Origin: Paracoccaceae bacterium
GTDB taxonomy: Bacteria > Pseudomonadota > Alphaproteobacteria > Rhodobacterales > Rhodobacteraceae
Reading direction: 5' to 3'
Length of the DNA stretch: 33,974 nt
NCBI GenBank assembly: GCA_003500165.1
Contig: DNSZ01000105.1
Span: 693 to 34,666, forward strand
The position numbers and the translations under genes were made by a program. The first letter of the stretch is position 1. Every line of letters begins with the position of its first letter. Below, in pieces: positions 24,212 through 33,423 of this stretch. A model generated the notes under the pieces. The model was not told the origin of the DNA, did not search any database, and worked only from the letters and a program-made list of their open reading frames with translations.

Positions 24212-26017
24212 TCAGCGCCCGTGGCTGCCGGCCTTCACATAGGTGCCGGGCGCGGGGTCCAGCACCGGGTGATGCGGGCCGCCGGGTGCCCGGGCCGGCA
24301 CCTGGGCGCCCGACCGCCGGGCCAGCCAGTCGCGCCAGCGCGGCCACCAGGAGCCCTTGGTAAAGCTGGCCCCGGCCTGCCAGCTATCGGGATCGTCGAG
24401 CGGCCCGTCCGAGGTGTAATGGCCATATTTGCCCTTGGACGGCGGGTTCACGATGCCTGCGATATGGCCCGATTCGGACAGGATGAAGGTCTTGTCGCGG
24501 CTGCCCATTTGGGCAAAGCCCACAAAGGCCGACCGCCAGGGGGCGATGTGATCGGTTTCGCAGGCGATCGAGACGAGCGGGATCTGGATGTCCTTCAGCC
24601 GCACCCGCTGGCCCAGCACCGCATAGCCCGCCTCGGCGAACTCGTTGTCCTGACACAGCCGGCGCAGATACTGCACGACCATCTTGCCCGGCAGATTGGT
24701 CGAGTCGCCGTTCCAGTAGAGCAGATCGAAGGCGGGCGGCGCCTGCCCCATCATGTAGCTGCGCACGGCCGGACCATAGACCAGGTCGGGCGCCCGCAGA
24801 TAGGAAAAGGTGCGCGCCATGAAGTGCGAATGCAGATAGCCCTTGTCGGCGACCTCGCGTTCGATCCCGTCGACGAAGTCGTTCGACAGGAAGACGCCGA
24901 CCTCGCCGGGATCGGCAAAATCGGTCAGGGTGGTGAAATAGGTCGCCGAGCGGACGGACTTGTCGCCGGTTCGCGCCATGTAGCCGAGCGCGATCGCCAG
25001 CGCGGTGCCGCCGATGCAGTAGCCGACGACATTGACCTTGGCCTCGCCGGTGATCGCGCGCACCTGGGCGATGGCCTCGAGGTAGCCTTCGGCGACGTAT
25101 TCGTCGATGCCGATATCGGCGAATCGCCCGTCGGGGTTGACCCAGCTGACCACGAACAGGGTGAAGCCCTGCTCGGTGATCCAGCGGATCATGCTGTTCG
25201 TCTCGCGCAGGTCGAGGATATAGAACTTGTTGATCCAGGGCGGAAAGATCAGCAGCGGGGTGCGGTGCACCGTCTCCGTCCGGGGGGCATACTGGATCAG
25301 CTCGAACATCCGGTTGCGGTAGACGACCGCGCCCTCGGAGGTGGCGATGTTGCGGCCGACCTCGAAGGCGTCGCGATCGGCCAGGGTGACCAGCAATTCG
25401 CCATCATTGGCCTCGATGTCGCGAACCAGGTTCTCCAGCCCGTCGACCAGCGACTGGCCTTCGGTCTCCACCGCGCGGGCCAGCGCCTCGGGGTTCGTGC
25501 CCAGGTAGTTGGCCGGCGACATCAGATCGACCAGCTGGCGGGTGAAAAACGCCATCCGCCGCTTTTCGTCGGGGCCAAGCCCGTCCAGATCGTTGACCGC
25601 GCCTTCGATGGCTTCGGCCGACAGCAGATATTGCTGCTTGATGAAGTTGAAATAGGGATGGCTCTGCCATAGCGGGCTGGAAAACCGCTTGTCGGCCGGC
25701 GTCCGGTCCTCGGGCGCGCGCAACTCGCCCGACGACAGGGCCTGCTGCGCCTCGACCCAGTGCTTCAGCGACTTGCCCCAATACGACACCTGGTGTTCCA
25801 GCATCTTGGCGGGGTTGGTCAGCATCTCGGCCACCATCGCGGCATAGGCGCGCGAATAGAGCGACGGGTTGGGCGCGTGCAGGCCCGGCTCGTGCACCTC
25901 GCGCCGCTGCAGGGCCGCGATCAGGCGGGTATTCAGCGCCTCGATCTTCTTGATGTTCCGGTTGAGCCGGTCGAGATTCGTCGCTCCCGTCTCTGGCTCG
26001 TCGCCGCTCTCCGCCAT
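24212..26017 (-). CDS. phaC: Class I poly(R)-hydroxyalkanoate synthase
   Basis: It is 601 aa from ATG 26017. It has the lipase-box-like GYCIGG and the PLLIFPPWINKFYILDL and HIAGIVNPP motifs. The N-terminal roughly 470 aa of the 1071-aa track ORF are antisense to phaZ and are not part of the gene. Confidence 0.97.
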   Translation of the reverse strand: MAESGDEPETGATNLDRLNRNIKKIEALNTRLIAALQRREVHEPGLHAPNPSLYSRAYAAMVAEMLTNPAKMLEHQVSYWGKSLKHWVEAQQALSSGELRAPEDRTPADKRFSSPLWQSHPYFNFIKQQYLLSAEAIEGAVNDLDGLGPDEKRRMAFFTRQLVDLMSPANYLGTNPEALARAVETEGQSLVDGLENLVRDIEANDGELLVTLADRDAFEVGRNIATSEGAVVYRNRMFELIQYAPRTETVHRTPLLIFPPWINKFYILDLRETNSMIRWITEQGFTLFVVSWVNPDGRFADIGIDEYVAEGYLEAIAQVRAITGEAKVNVVGYCIGGTALAIALGYMARTGDKSVRSATYFTTLTDFADPGEVGVFLSNDFVDGIEREVADKGYLHSHFMARTFSYLRAPDLVYGPAVRSYMMGQAPPAFDLLYWNGDSTNLPGKMVVQYLRRLCQDNEFAEAGYAVLGQRVRLKDIQIPLVSIACETDHIAPWRSAFVGFAQMGSRDKTFILSESGHIAGIVNPPSKGKYGHYTSDGPLDDPDSWQAGASFTKGSWWPRWRDWLARRSGAQVPARAPGGPHHPVLDPAPGTYVKAGSHGR

Positions 26018-26024
26018 ATTGCCA

Positions 26025-26055
26025 TTGACCCCGGTTGCCGCGCTTGCACTATATG
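26025..26055 (+). promoter_or_regulatory. Weak candidate promoter for phaZ in the phaC-phaZ divergent region
   Basis: It has TTGACC (26025-26030) and TATATG (26050-26055), with a long 19-nt spacer. Confidence 0.2.
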
Positions 26056-26140
26056 CGCTCCCTGCCGCCGGGAAAAGCGGCGAACTGGGCAGGGCGGGAC
26101 GCCTGCCGGGTTGCGCGGCGTCCCCGATAAAGGAGGGGAC

Positions 26141-27397
26141 ATGCGCTATCTCGCCGCTTACGACCTGCTGGAGGCGACCCGCGTGACCGGCCAGTGGCTG
26201 GGCGCCACGGCGCAGGCGATGGGTTCCTATCCCTGGCTTGCCATGGTGCCGAACCCGGCGATCGCGGCCATGGCCGCCTGGGGCGAGGTGACCGAGCGCA
26301 GCTTTGCCCGGATGGTGACGAAGCCCGACTGGGGCATCGATTCGGTGGTCACCGCGGGGCGCGAATACCCGGTTGCGGTGTCGCACATCATCGAAAAGCC
26401 GTTCGGCGACCTGATCCATTTCCGGGTCACCGGGCGCGGACCGATGCCGCGCCGCGTGCTGCTGGTGGCGCCGATGTCGGGCCATTACGCGACGCTCTTG
26501 CGCAAGACGGTGATCAGCCTCTTGCCCAATTGCGACGTGTTCGTCACCGATTGGCACAATGCCCGCGACATCCCGGTGTCCTGCGGAAAGTTCGATGTCG
26601 AGGACTACACGCTTTACGTCGCCGAATTCATCCAGGAGCTGGGCCCCGAGACCAATGTCATCGCCATCTGCCAGCCCGCGCCGCTGACCCTGGCGGCCTG
26701 TGCCTGGCTCGCCGAACACCACCCCGACTGCCAGCCGCGCACCCTGACGCTGATCGGCGGGCCGATCGACCCCGACGCGAACGCGACCGAGGTGACCGAT
26801 TTCGGCAGCCGGGTGACGATGGGCCAGCTGGAACAGGTGATGCTGCAGCGGGTCGGGTTCAAATACCCCGGCGTCGGGCGGATGGTCTATCCCGGCCTGA
26901 CGCAGTTGACATCCTTCATCTCGATGAACGCGCAGACCCATGCCCGCGCCTTTCGCGACCAGATCATGCGGGTGGCCAAGGGGGAAGGCGCCGATCACGA
27001 CCGCCACAACACCTTTTACGACGAATACCTCGCCGTGATGGACATGCCCGCCGAGTTCTACCTTTCGACGGTCGAGCGCGTCTTCAAGAAGCGTGAGATC
27101 GCGACCAACAGCTTCACCTTGCGGGGTCAGCCGGTGGATATCGGCAAGATCACGGCGACCGCGGTGAAAACGGTCGAGGGCGCCGAGGACGACATCTCGG
27201 CGCCCGGCCAGTGCATTGCCGCGCTGCCGCTGCTTACCGGCCTGCCCGAGGCGATGAAGGCCAGCCATGTGGAACCGCATGCGGGCCATTACGGCATCTT
27301 TGCCGGCAAGTCCTGGCGCAACAACATCCGCCCGCTGGTGCTCGACTTCATCGACAGCCAGGGCACACCGGCCGAGGTTCGAACCCTTCGGGCCTGA
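26141..27397 (+). CDS. phaZ: Intracellular polyhydroxyalkanoate depolymerase
   Basis: It is 418 aa from ATG 26141, directly after AGGAGG. The family-typical blocks LLVAPMSGHYATLLR, VTDWHNARD, ICQPAPL and GHYGIF are present. It is divergent from phaC. Confidence 0.95.
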   Translation: MRYLAAYDLLEATRVTGQWLGATAQAMGSYPWLAMVPNPAIAAMAAWGEVTERSFARMVTKPDWGIDSVVTAGREYPVAVSHIIEKPFGDLIHFRVTGRGPMPRRVLLVAPMSGHYATLLRKTVISLLPNCDVFVTDWHNARDIPVSCGKFDVEDYTLYVAEFIQELGPETNVIAICQPAPLTLAACAWLAEHHPDCQPRTLTLIGGPIDPDANATEVTDFGSRVTMGQLEQVMLQRVGFKYPGVGRMVYPGLTQLTSFISMNAQTHARAFRDQIMRVAKGEGADHDRHNTFYDEYLAVMDMPAEFYLSTVERVFKKREIATNSFTLRGQPVDIGKITATAVKTVEGAEDDISAPGQCIAALPLLTGLPEAMKASHVEPHAGHYGIFAGKSWRNNIRPLVLDFIDSQGTPAEVRTLRA

Positions 27398-27421
27398 GCA
27401 CAGTTCGCCGGGGAGACTTCG

Positions 27422-28528
27422 ATGCATCCGGCAATCCGATCGGCAACGGGCGTGGCGGGGCTGGCGGCCATGACCATGGGCGGCCCGGCCCGCGCGCTCG
27501 ACTGGGAGCTCGCCGATGGCGGGAAACTGACCTTCTATGGTCTGATCAACATCGCCGGTCTGTTCTATGATGACGGGCGGGCCCAGTATGACTATGTCCC
27601 CGTCGGCAATTCCAACGCCCCAAGCCGGGCCGGGCTGCTTTGGGCATCGGCCAATGAGGCCTGGGGCGCCCGGTTCGAGTTCCAGTACCAGCCGCGGCCG
27701 TCGAGCGCGGTCAGCCAGCGCGACGCGGATGTGACCGACTGGGCGATCGCCAGGACCGATCTGCGCAAGCTTGAGCTCTACTGGCGCCCGGATTTCGGCG
27801 CCTTCGCCCTTGGCCAGGGGTCCATGGCAAGCGACGGGATTGCCGAGATCGACCTCTCCGGCACCACGGTTGTCGCCTATAGCAGCGTGTCGGACCCGGC
27901 CGGCGGCAACTTCTTCCGGTTCGGTGACGGGACCCTGTCAGAGGTCACCATTGGCGCCACGCTCAGCGATTTCGACGGCAGCCGCCGGATGCGAATCCGC
28001 TATGACACGCCGCGCTGGAACGGCCTGCAACTGGCCGCGTCCTATGGCCGGGAGGTGTTGCGGGAAGGCGACGACAGCGACTATGCCGATGTTGCCCTGC
28101 GCTATGACGGCAAGACCGATCGCTGGACCTATTCGGCCGGCGCCGGCTACAACTGGAAGATCGGCGACGGCAGCACGACGTCGTTCTGGGCGGCCTCGGG
28201 CTCGATCCTGAACAGCGACACCGGCCTGAACGCCACGCTGGCGCTGGGCGCGAACGATGCCGATGCGCGCTATTGGTACGCCAAGCTGGGGCTCAAGCGC
28301 GATTTCTGGTCGTTCGGATCGACCGCGCTGTCGGTCGACCACTATGACGGGGCGGGCTTTGTCGCGCGCGGCAGCGCGACCACGTCTTGGGGCATTGCCG
28401 CCGTGCAGCGGATCGACCGGGCCGATCTGGAACTCTATGCGGTCTGGCGCAGCTATGGCTTTGACGAAACGGCCGCCAGCTATCGCACCGGCCACGCTGT
28501 CATGACCGGCTTCCGCTGGACCTGGTGA
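27422..28528 (+). CDS. Outer-membrane porin (beta-barrel)
   Basis: It has a signal peptide (AGLAAMTMGGPARA), alternating beta-strand pattern, and a C-terminal aromatic signature ...GFRWTW. GGGGAGA lies upstream. It starts only 24 nt after phaZ. Confidence 0.85.
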   Translation: MHPAIRSATGVAGLAAMTMGGPARALDWELADGGKLTFYGLINIAGLFYDDGRAQYDYVPVGNSNAPSRAGLLWASANEAWGARFEFQYQPRPSSAVSQRDADVTDWAIARTDLRKLELYWRPDFGAFALGQGSMASDGIAEIDLSGTTVVAYSSVSDPAGGNFFRFGDGTLSEVTIGATLSDFDGSRRMRIRYDTPRWNGLQLAASYGREVLREGDDSDYADVALRYDGKTDRWTYSAGAGYNWKIGDGSTTSFWAASGSILNSDTGLNATLALGANDADARYWYAKLGLKRDFWSFGSTALSVDHYDGAGFVARGSATTSWGIAAVQRIDRADLELYAVWRSYGFDETAASYRTGHAVMTGFRWTW

Positions 28529-28557
28529 CGGCCCGGCCGGGATGCCGTCTTCGCGCG

Positions 28558-28770
28558 CTATACCGGCATGTTGTCGAAATCGCCATCGTCGTCATCGGCG
28601 TCCAGGGTTTGCGCCAGCGCCGCGATGTCGGGCGGCAGCGGCAGGCCCAGCGCGCGCATCTCGGCGAGTTTCTCGCGCAGCTGTTCGCGCAGCAGGCCGG
28701 CATCCTCGGGCCGTTCGACGATCTTCTGCATCAGCAGATCGACATCCGCCTTGAGGTGTTCGAAGCTCAT
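28558..28770 (-). CDS. Small (70-aa) helical, strongly acidic protein of unknown function
   Basis: The ATG at 28770 has GGGGAGGG upstream. Third positions are GC-rich. It ends in the acidic tail DADDDDGDFDNMPV. It lies 33 nt downstream of the TraR/DksA gene on the same strand. Confidence 0.65.
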   Translation of the reverse strand: MSFEHLKADVDLLMQKIVERPEDAGLLREQLREKLAEMRALGLPLPPDIAALAQTLDADDDDGDFDNMPV

Positions 28771-28803
28771 GGGCAGCGGCCCTCCCCGGCCCGGTTGGCA
28801 GCG

Positions 28804-29121
28804 CTAGACCGCGCAGCGGCGGCAGAACGGCGTGGCCGGCAGCATGTCCAGCCGCTCTTTCGCGATCTCGGCGCCGCATTTCACGCAATAGCCGTATTCG
28901 CCATCGTCGATCCGCGCCAGAGCTGCGTCGATCATCCGCAGCTCGCGTGCCTCGGCCGCGCCGAGATGTTCCAGCATCTCGTCATCCTCGCGTTCGCTTG
29001 CGCGTTCGGCAAAATCCTTTGGCGCAGGCGCCTCCAGCGTCTCGCGGATCTCGGCGATGTGGGCGATCAGTTCCGCCTTTCGCGCCTCGATCTGGGCGCG
29101 GCGTTCCGCGATATTGGCCAT
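28804..29121 (-). CDS. TraR/DksA-family C4-type zinc-finger protein
   Basis: It has a coiled-coil N-terminus and CVKCGAEIAKERLDMLPATPFCRRC (CxxC-N17-CxxC). The start is ATG 29121, after GGAGGGAG; the track start at 29136 is a TTG. Confidence 0.88.
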   Translation of the reverse strand: MANIAERRAQIEARKAELIAHIAEIRETLEAPAPKDFAERASEREDDEMLEHLGAAEARELRMIDAALARIDDGEYGYCVKCGAEIAKERLDMLPATPFCRRCAV

Positions 29122-29187
29122 GTTGGCTCCCTCCAAGCTGGCGCAGCCTAGCTGAAAGTGGTGAACCGTGCCTTGATCGGCGTCAAG

Positions 29188-29505
29188 TCAAACGGGACAA
29201 AACGCGGCATGGATGCCGCCCAGCACCGTGCGCACCCGGTCGTCGGCGATCGAGTAATAGATCGCGCGGCCCTCGCGGCGCGGCTTGACCAGCCCCTCCA
29301 TCCGCAGCCGGGCGAGTTGCTGGCTGACATTGGGCTGCCTTGTGTCAAGCGCCTCGGCCAGTTCCGCGACGCTTCTTTCGCCATCGACGAGCAGGCAAAG
29401 GGTCATCAGCCGGCCCGGATTGGCCAGCGACTTCATCATTGCGGCCGCATCCTCGGCCCGGGCGGCCATTTCCGCGGACAGGTCCGTCTTGTCGTCGAGC
29501 GCCAT
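29188..29505 (-). CDS. ArsR-family persulfide-sensing repressor of the BigR/SqrR type
   Basis: It has a winged-helix core (SVAELAEALDTRQPNVSQQLARLRMEGLV) and exactly two Cys, spaced 66 residues apart (LMTLCLL and AAFCPV). That is the spacing I recall for the sensing cysteines of BigR and SqrR. It is divergent from a persulfide dioxygenase operon. The start is ATG 29505 (GGAGG 7 nt upstream) or ATG 29526. Confidence 0.88.
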   Translation of the reverse strand: MALDDKTDLSAEMAARAEDAAAMMKSLANPGRLMTLCLLVDGERSVAELAEALDTRQPNVSQQLARLRMEGLVKPRREGRAIYYSIADDRVRTVLGGIHAAFCPV

Positions 29506-29550
29506 GGCGTCGCCTCCGGCAGGCATGCATCAAGGGATGACGTAGCATCT

Positions 29551-29589
29551 CTTGCCATACATATCAATATGACTATGTATCGAGGCAAG
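29551..29589. promoter_or_regulatory. Nested AT-rich palindromes in the regulator / dioxygenase divergent region (candidate BigR/SqrR operator and promoters)
   Basis: The sequence is CTTGCC-ATACATA-TCAATATGAC-TATGTAT-CGA-GGCAAG. The outer arms are CTTGCC/GGCAAG and the inner arms are ATACATA/TATGTAT, with a central CATAT..ATATG. It is the only AT-rich stretch in a 98-bp intergenic region. Confidence 0.5.
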
Positions 29590-29624
29590 CGCGAATCCGC
29601 ACCCCTTGCCTTGCAGGAGCTTCC

Positions 29625-30488
29625 ATGACCCCCATCGTCACCCCCTTCTTCGACGTGGCGACGAACACCGTCTCCTATGTCGTGCAGGACCCGAACGGCC
29701 GCGCCGCGGCGATCGTCGATTCGGTGCTCGACTTCGACTATGCCTCGGGCCGGACCGACACCCGGTCGGCCGATGCCGTGATCGCCTTTGTCCGCGACAA
29801 CGACCTGACCGTCGAATGGCTGCTGGAAACCCATGTCCATGCCGACCATCTGTCGGCCGCGCCCTATCTGCAGGAAAAGCTCGGCGGCAAGATCGGCATC
29901 GGCCGCAACATCACGCTCGTCCAGGACACCTTCGGAAAGATATTCAACGAGGGCACCGCGTTTCAGCGTGACGGCAGCCAGTTCGATCGCCTGTTCGAGG
30001 ACGGCGACAGCTTTCATATCGGCCAGCTGCGCGGCGACGTGCTGCACACGCCGGGCCACACCCCGGCCTGCCTGACCTATGTGATCGGCGATGCGGCCTT
30101 TGTCGGCGACACCCTGTTCATGCCCGATTTCGGCACTGCGCGGGTCGATTTCCCGGGCGGCTCGGCCGAGGCGCTTTATGCCTCGATCCAGAAGATCCTG
30201 GCGCTGCCCGACGCCACCCGCATCTTTGTCGGTCACGACTACAAGGCGCCGGGCCGGGCGGAGTTTGCCTGGGAAACGACGGTGGGCGAGCAGCGGGCGA
30301 AGAACGTCCATGTCGGCGCCGGCACGACCGCGGCGGAATTCGCCAGGATGCGCACCGCGCGTGACGCGACGCTGCCGATGCCACGGCTGATCGTGCCGTC
30401 GTTGCAGGTGAACATGCGGGCGGGCAACATGCCCGAGCCCGAGGAGAACGGCACCACCTACCTCAAAATCCCGCTCAACGCGCTCTGA
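29625..30488 (+). CDS. MBL-fold persulfide dioxygenase (ETHE1/Blh-like)
   Basis: It has the HVHADH metal motif, HTPGHTPAC and FVGDTLFMPD. It is 287 aa, with GCAGGAG upstream of the ATG. Confidence 0.92.
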   Translation: MTPIVTPFFDVATNTVSYVVQDPNGRAAAIVDSVLDFDYASGRTDTRSADAVIAFVRDNDLTVEWLLETHVHADHLSAAPYLQEKLGGKIGIGRNITLVQDTFGKIFNEGTAFQRDGSQFDRLFEDGDSFHIGQLRGDVLHTPGHTPACLTYVIGDAAFVGDTLFMPDFGTARVDFPGGSAEALYASIQKILALPDATRIFVGHDYKAPGRAEFAWETTVGEQRAKNVHVGAGTTAAEFARMRTARDATLPMPRLIVPSLQVNMRAGNMPEPEENGTTYLKIPLNAL

Positions 30489-30499
30489 CGGAGGAACCG

Positions 30500-30928
30500 A
30501 TGCTGCAACCCGAATGGATCATGGGCCTCGTCGGCGGGCTCATCATTGGCGCGGCGGGCGCGCTCTATCTGCTGGGCAATGGCCGGATCATGGGCGCGTC
30601 GGGCATTCTGGGCGGCCTCGTCGATGGCTCGGGCATGGCCAGCGCATCCGAAAGGCTGGCCTTTCTGGCGGGCCTTGTCGCCCTGCCGGCGGTCGCCGCG
30701 CTGATCTGGGGCGCCCCCGACACCCATCTGACCGGCGACTGGATCGTGCTGATCGCGGCCGGCCTTCTGGTCGGCATCGGCACGCGGCTGGCCAATGGCT
30801 GCACCAGCGGCCATGGCGTCTGCGGCATCTCGCGGTTTTCGATGCGCGGGATCGTGGCCACGGTTTTCTACATCCTGGCCGGCGGGTTGTCGGTGATGCT
30901 GTTCAAGCATGTTCTGGGGGTGATCTGA
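30500..30928 (+). CDS. YeeE/YedE-family sulfur-compound transport protein (half-size, first of a pair)
   Basis: It is a 142-aa membrane protein with the conserved GCTSGHG motif. GGAGGAA lies upstream of the ATG. Confidence 0.9.
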   Translation: MLQPEWIMGLVGGLIIGAAGALYLLGNGRIMGASGILGGLVDGSGMASASERLAFLAGLVALPAVAALIWGAPDTHLTGDWIVLIAAGLLVGIGTRLANGCTSGHGVCGISRFSMRGIVATVFYILAGGLSVMLFKHVLGVI

Positions 30929-31356
30929 TGCTGCGCAACCTTCTTGCCGCCGCCGCCGGCGGCCTGTTCGGGCTGGGGCTGATGGTGTCGGGGATGACCG
31001 ATACCACCCGGGTCCAGGGCTGGCTCGACGTGTTCGGTGACTGGGACCCGACGCTGGCCTTCGTGATGGGTGGGGCGATCCTGCCGATGCTGATCGCCTG
31101 GCAGGTCGCCGAACGGCGGCAGCGGTCGCTGATCGGCACGCCGATCCCGGCGCGGGCCGAACCGCGGATCGGCCGCAATCTGGTAATCGGCTCGGTGCTG
31201 TTCGGCGCGGGCTGGGGGTTGTCGGGGCTGTGCCCCGGGCCGGCGATGGCCGCGCTCAGCTATAACGGCGCCGGGGGTTTTGTGTTCATAGCCGCGATGG
31301 CGGCCGGCATGCTGGTGGCGGTGCCGGTCAAGGCACGGCTGGCCGCGGCGGCCTGA
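30928..31356 (+). CDS. YeeE/YedE-family membrane protein (second half-size partner)
   Basis: It is 142 aa, and its ATG overlaps the upstream stop (TGATG at 30926-30930). It has GWGLSGLCPGP, typical of the partner subunit. Confidence 0.88.
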   Translation: MLRNLLAAAAGGLFGLGLMVSGMTDTTRVQGWLDVFGDWDPTLAFVMGGAILPMLIAWQVAERRQRSLIGTPIPARAEPRIGRNLVIGSVLFGAGWGLSGLCPGPAMAALSYNGAGGFVFIAAMAAGMLVAVPVKARLAAAA

Positions 31357-31368
31357 TACCGGGGCACC

Positions 31369-31389
31369 ATGAGCCAAACGCATTGCGCC
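31369..31389. repeat. Second copy of the 21-nt element ATGAG(T/C)CAAACGCATTGCGCC
   Basis: It matches 12701-12721 at 20 of 21 positions. Like the first copy, it lies just after a stop codon in a convergent intergenic region. Confidence 0.6.
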
Positions 31390-31420
31390 ATGGCGTGACC
31401 CTGCCCGGTGCGGGCGATCC

Positions 31421-31453
31421 GGGCGGCGGCCAATGTGATTGGCGCCGCCGCCC
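31421..31453. terminator. Strong GC hairpin between the convergent yedE-like and rpsA genes
   Basis: GGGCGGCGGCCAAT-gtg-ATTGGCGCCGCCGCCC forms a stem with a 2-nt bulge. On the plus strand it is followed by AGGGAGCCTTTT. Confidence 0.45.
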
Positions 31454-31464
31454 AGGGAGCCTTT

Positions 31465-33150
31465 TCAGCCGTCGCCGTCCTTCTTCAGCGCCGCGCCCAG
31501 GATATCGCCCAGCGATGCGCCCGAAGCGGACGAGCCGTATTGTTCGACCGCTTCCTTCTCCTCGGCGATCTCGCGCGCCTTGACCGAAAAGCCCAGACGC
31601 CGCGTCTTCGGGTCGATGCTGGTCACCCGGACATCGAGCTTGTCGCCCGGCTGGAACCGGTCGGGCCGCTGTTCGGCCCGGTCGCGCGACAGGTCGGACC
31701 GGCGGATGAAGGATTTCATGCCGCGGAATTCGACCTCGATGCCGCCATCCTCGATCTTGCTGACCGCCACGGTGACGATCGAGCCGCGCTTGACGCCGGC
31801 CACCGCGTCGGCGAACGGATCGCCGGCCAGCGCCTTCACCGACAGCGAAATCCGCTCTTTCTCGGTGTCGACCTCGGTGACCACGGCCCGGACCACATCG
31901 CCCTTGTGATACTCCCCGATCGCCTGTTCGCCGGCGACGTCCCAGCTGAGATCGGACAGGTGGACCATGCCGTCGATATCGTTGTCGAGGCCGATGAACA
32001 GGCCGAATTCGGTGATGTTCTTGACCTCGCCCTCGACCTCGGTGCCATTCGGGTGGGTCTCGGCAAAGACCTCCCACGGGTTGCGCATGGTCTGCTTGAG
32101 GCCCAGCGACACCCGGCGTTTCTGGGTGTCGATCTCCAGCACCATGACCTCGACCTCCTGGCTGGTGGAGACGATCTTGCCGGGATGGACGTTCTTCTTG
32201 GTCCAGGACATTTCCGAGACATGGACCAGCCCCTCGATGCCGTCGTCAAGCTCGACGAAGGCGCCGTAATCGGTGATGTTGGTCACCGTGCCCTTGTGCA
32301 CCGATCCGATCGGGAAGCGCGCCTCGACGATCGACCACGGGTCTTCCTGAAGCTGCTTGATGCCCAGGCTGATGCGGTGGGTCTCCTTGTTGACCTTGAT
32401 CACCTGCACCTTCAGCGTCTCGCCGATCGAAACGATCTCGGAGGGGTGGTTGACGCGCCGCCAGGCCATGTCGGTGACGTGCAGCAACCCGTCCACCCCG
32501 CCCAGATCGACGAAGGCGCCATATTCGGTGATGTTCTTGACCACGCCGTCGACGACATCGCCCTCGGACAGCTTGGCGATCACCTCGGCGCGCTGTTCGG
32601 CGCGGCTTTCTTCCAGGATGGCCCGGCGGGAGACGACGATGTTGCCGCGGCGCCGATCCATCTTGAGGATCTGGAAGGGCTGTTTCAGCCCCATCAGCGG
32701 GCCGGCGTCGCGCACCGGGCGCACATCGACCTGGCTGCCCGGCAGAAACGCCACGGCGCCGCCCAGATCGACGGTAAAGCCGCCCTTGACCCGACCGAAG
32801 ATCGCGCCGTCGACACGGCCATCCTTTTCGGCGGCCTTTTCCAGCTTGTCCCAGGCTTCCTCGCGGCGCGCCTTGTCGCGGCTGATCACCGCCTCGCCAC
32901 GGGCGTTTTCGACCCGCTCGAGGTAGACCTCGACGCTGTCGCCGACAGCGATTTCCGGCGCCTCGCCGGGGCTGGCAAATTCCTTCAGGTCGACGCGGCC
33001 TTCCATCTTGTAGCCGACATCGATGATGGCCTGTCCGGCCTCGATGGCGAGGACGTGGCCCTTGACGACGCTGCCCTCCTGGGGCGTGTCGATCTCGAAG
33101 CTTTCTTCAAGGAGGGCTTCGAATTCCTCCATGCGTGCTGATTCGGACAT
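31465..33150 (-). CDS. rpsA: 30S ribosomal protein S1
   Basis: It is 561 aa from ATG 33150 (MSESARMEEFEALLEESF...). It has six S1 repeats (e.g. GSVVKGHVLAIE, GAIFGRVKGGFTVDL, DVVDGVVKNITEYGAFVDL). The track ORF extended to 33363 is not supported. Confidence 0.97.
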   Translation of the reverse strand: MSESARMEEFEALLEESFEIDTPQEGSVVKGHVLAIEAGQAIIDVGYKMEGRVDLKEFASPGEAPEIAVGDSVEVYLERVENARGEAVISRDKARREEAWDKLEKAAEKDGRVDGAIFGRVKGGFTVDLGGAVAFLPGSQVDVRPVRDAGPLMGLKQPFQILKMDRRRGNIVVSRRAILEESRAEQRAEVIAKLSEGDVVDGVVKNITEYGAFVDLGGVDGLLHVTDMAWRRVNHPSEIVSIGETLKVQVIKVNKETHRISLGIKQLQEDPWSIVEARFPIGSVHKGTVTNITDYGAFVELDDGIEGLVHVSEMSWTKKNVHPGKIVSTSQEVEVMVLEIDTQKRRVSLGLKQTMRNPWEVFAETHPNGTEVEGEVKNITEFGLFIGLDNDIDGMVHLSDLSWDVAGEQAIGEYHKGDVVRAVVTEVDTEKERISLSVKALAGDPFADAVAGVKRGSIVTVAVSKIEDGGIEVEFRGMKSFIRRSDLSRDRAEQRPDRFQPGDKLDVRVTSIDPKTRRLGFSVKAREIAEEKEAVEQYGSSASGASLGDILGAALKKDGDG

Positions 33151-33237
33151 AGGGTCAGTCGGTTCCTTCGGTTTGGTTTTCGGGCCGGGCGGTTGGTTCC
33201 GCCGGTCTTGTTGGATCGTCCAGTCGAACCGGGTCGG

Positions 33238-33271
33238 CAAAAGCAAAAGGGCCGGCGGTGGAACCCGGCCC
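33238..33271 (-). terminator. Rho-independent terminator between the M48 peptidase gene and rpsA
   Basis: On the minus strand GGGCCGG-gttccaccg-CCGGCCC is followed by TTTTGCTTTTG. Confidence 0.6.
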
Positions 33272-33423
33272 AATGCATCTGTCGCCCGAATGAGCCGGGC
33301 CTTTATGCCATAGGTTGCGCCGGCGCAAGGGGCTGCGCGCCCACTGCAACCCGGAACGGGCACGCCCGGTCCTGCCTTGCGGCCGCCCGGGCGGGCCGGG
33401 GGGCAGCGTGGCCTGGCGGCCGA

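Noticed and set aside
26018-27427. N-terminal roughly 470 aa of the 1071-aa minus-strand ORF that contains phaC
   Set aside because: This part is antisense to phaZ and has no similarity to PHA synthases. PhaC begins at ATG 26017, giving a typical 601-aa class I enzyme.
31408-33141. 577-aa plus-strand ORF
   Set aside because: It is antisense to rpsA. It is a shadow ORF.
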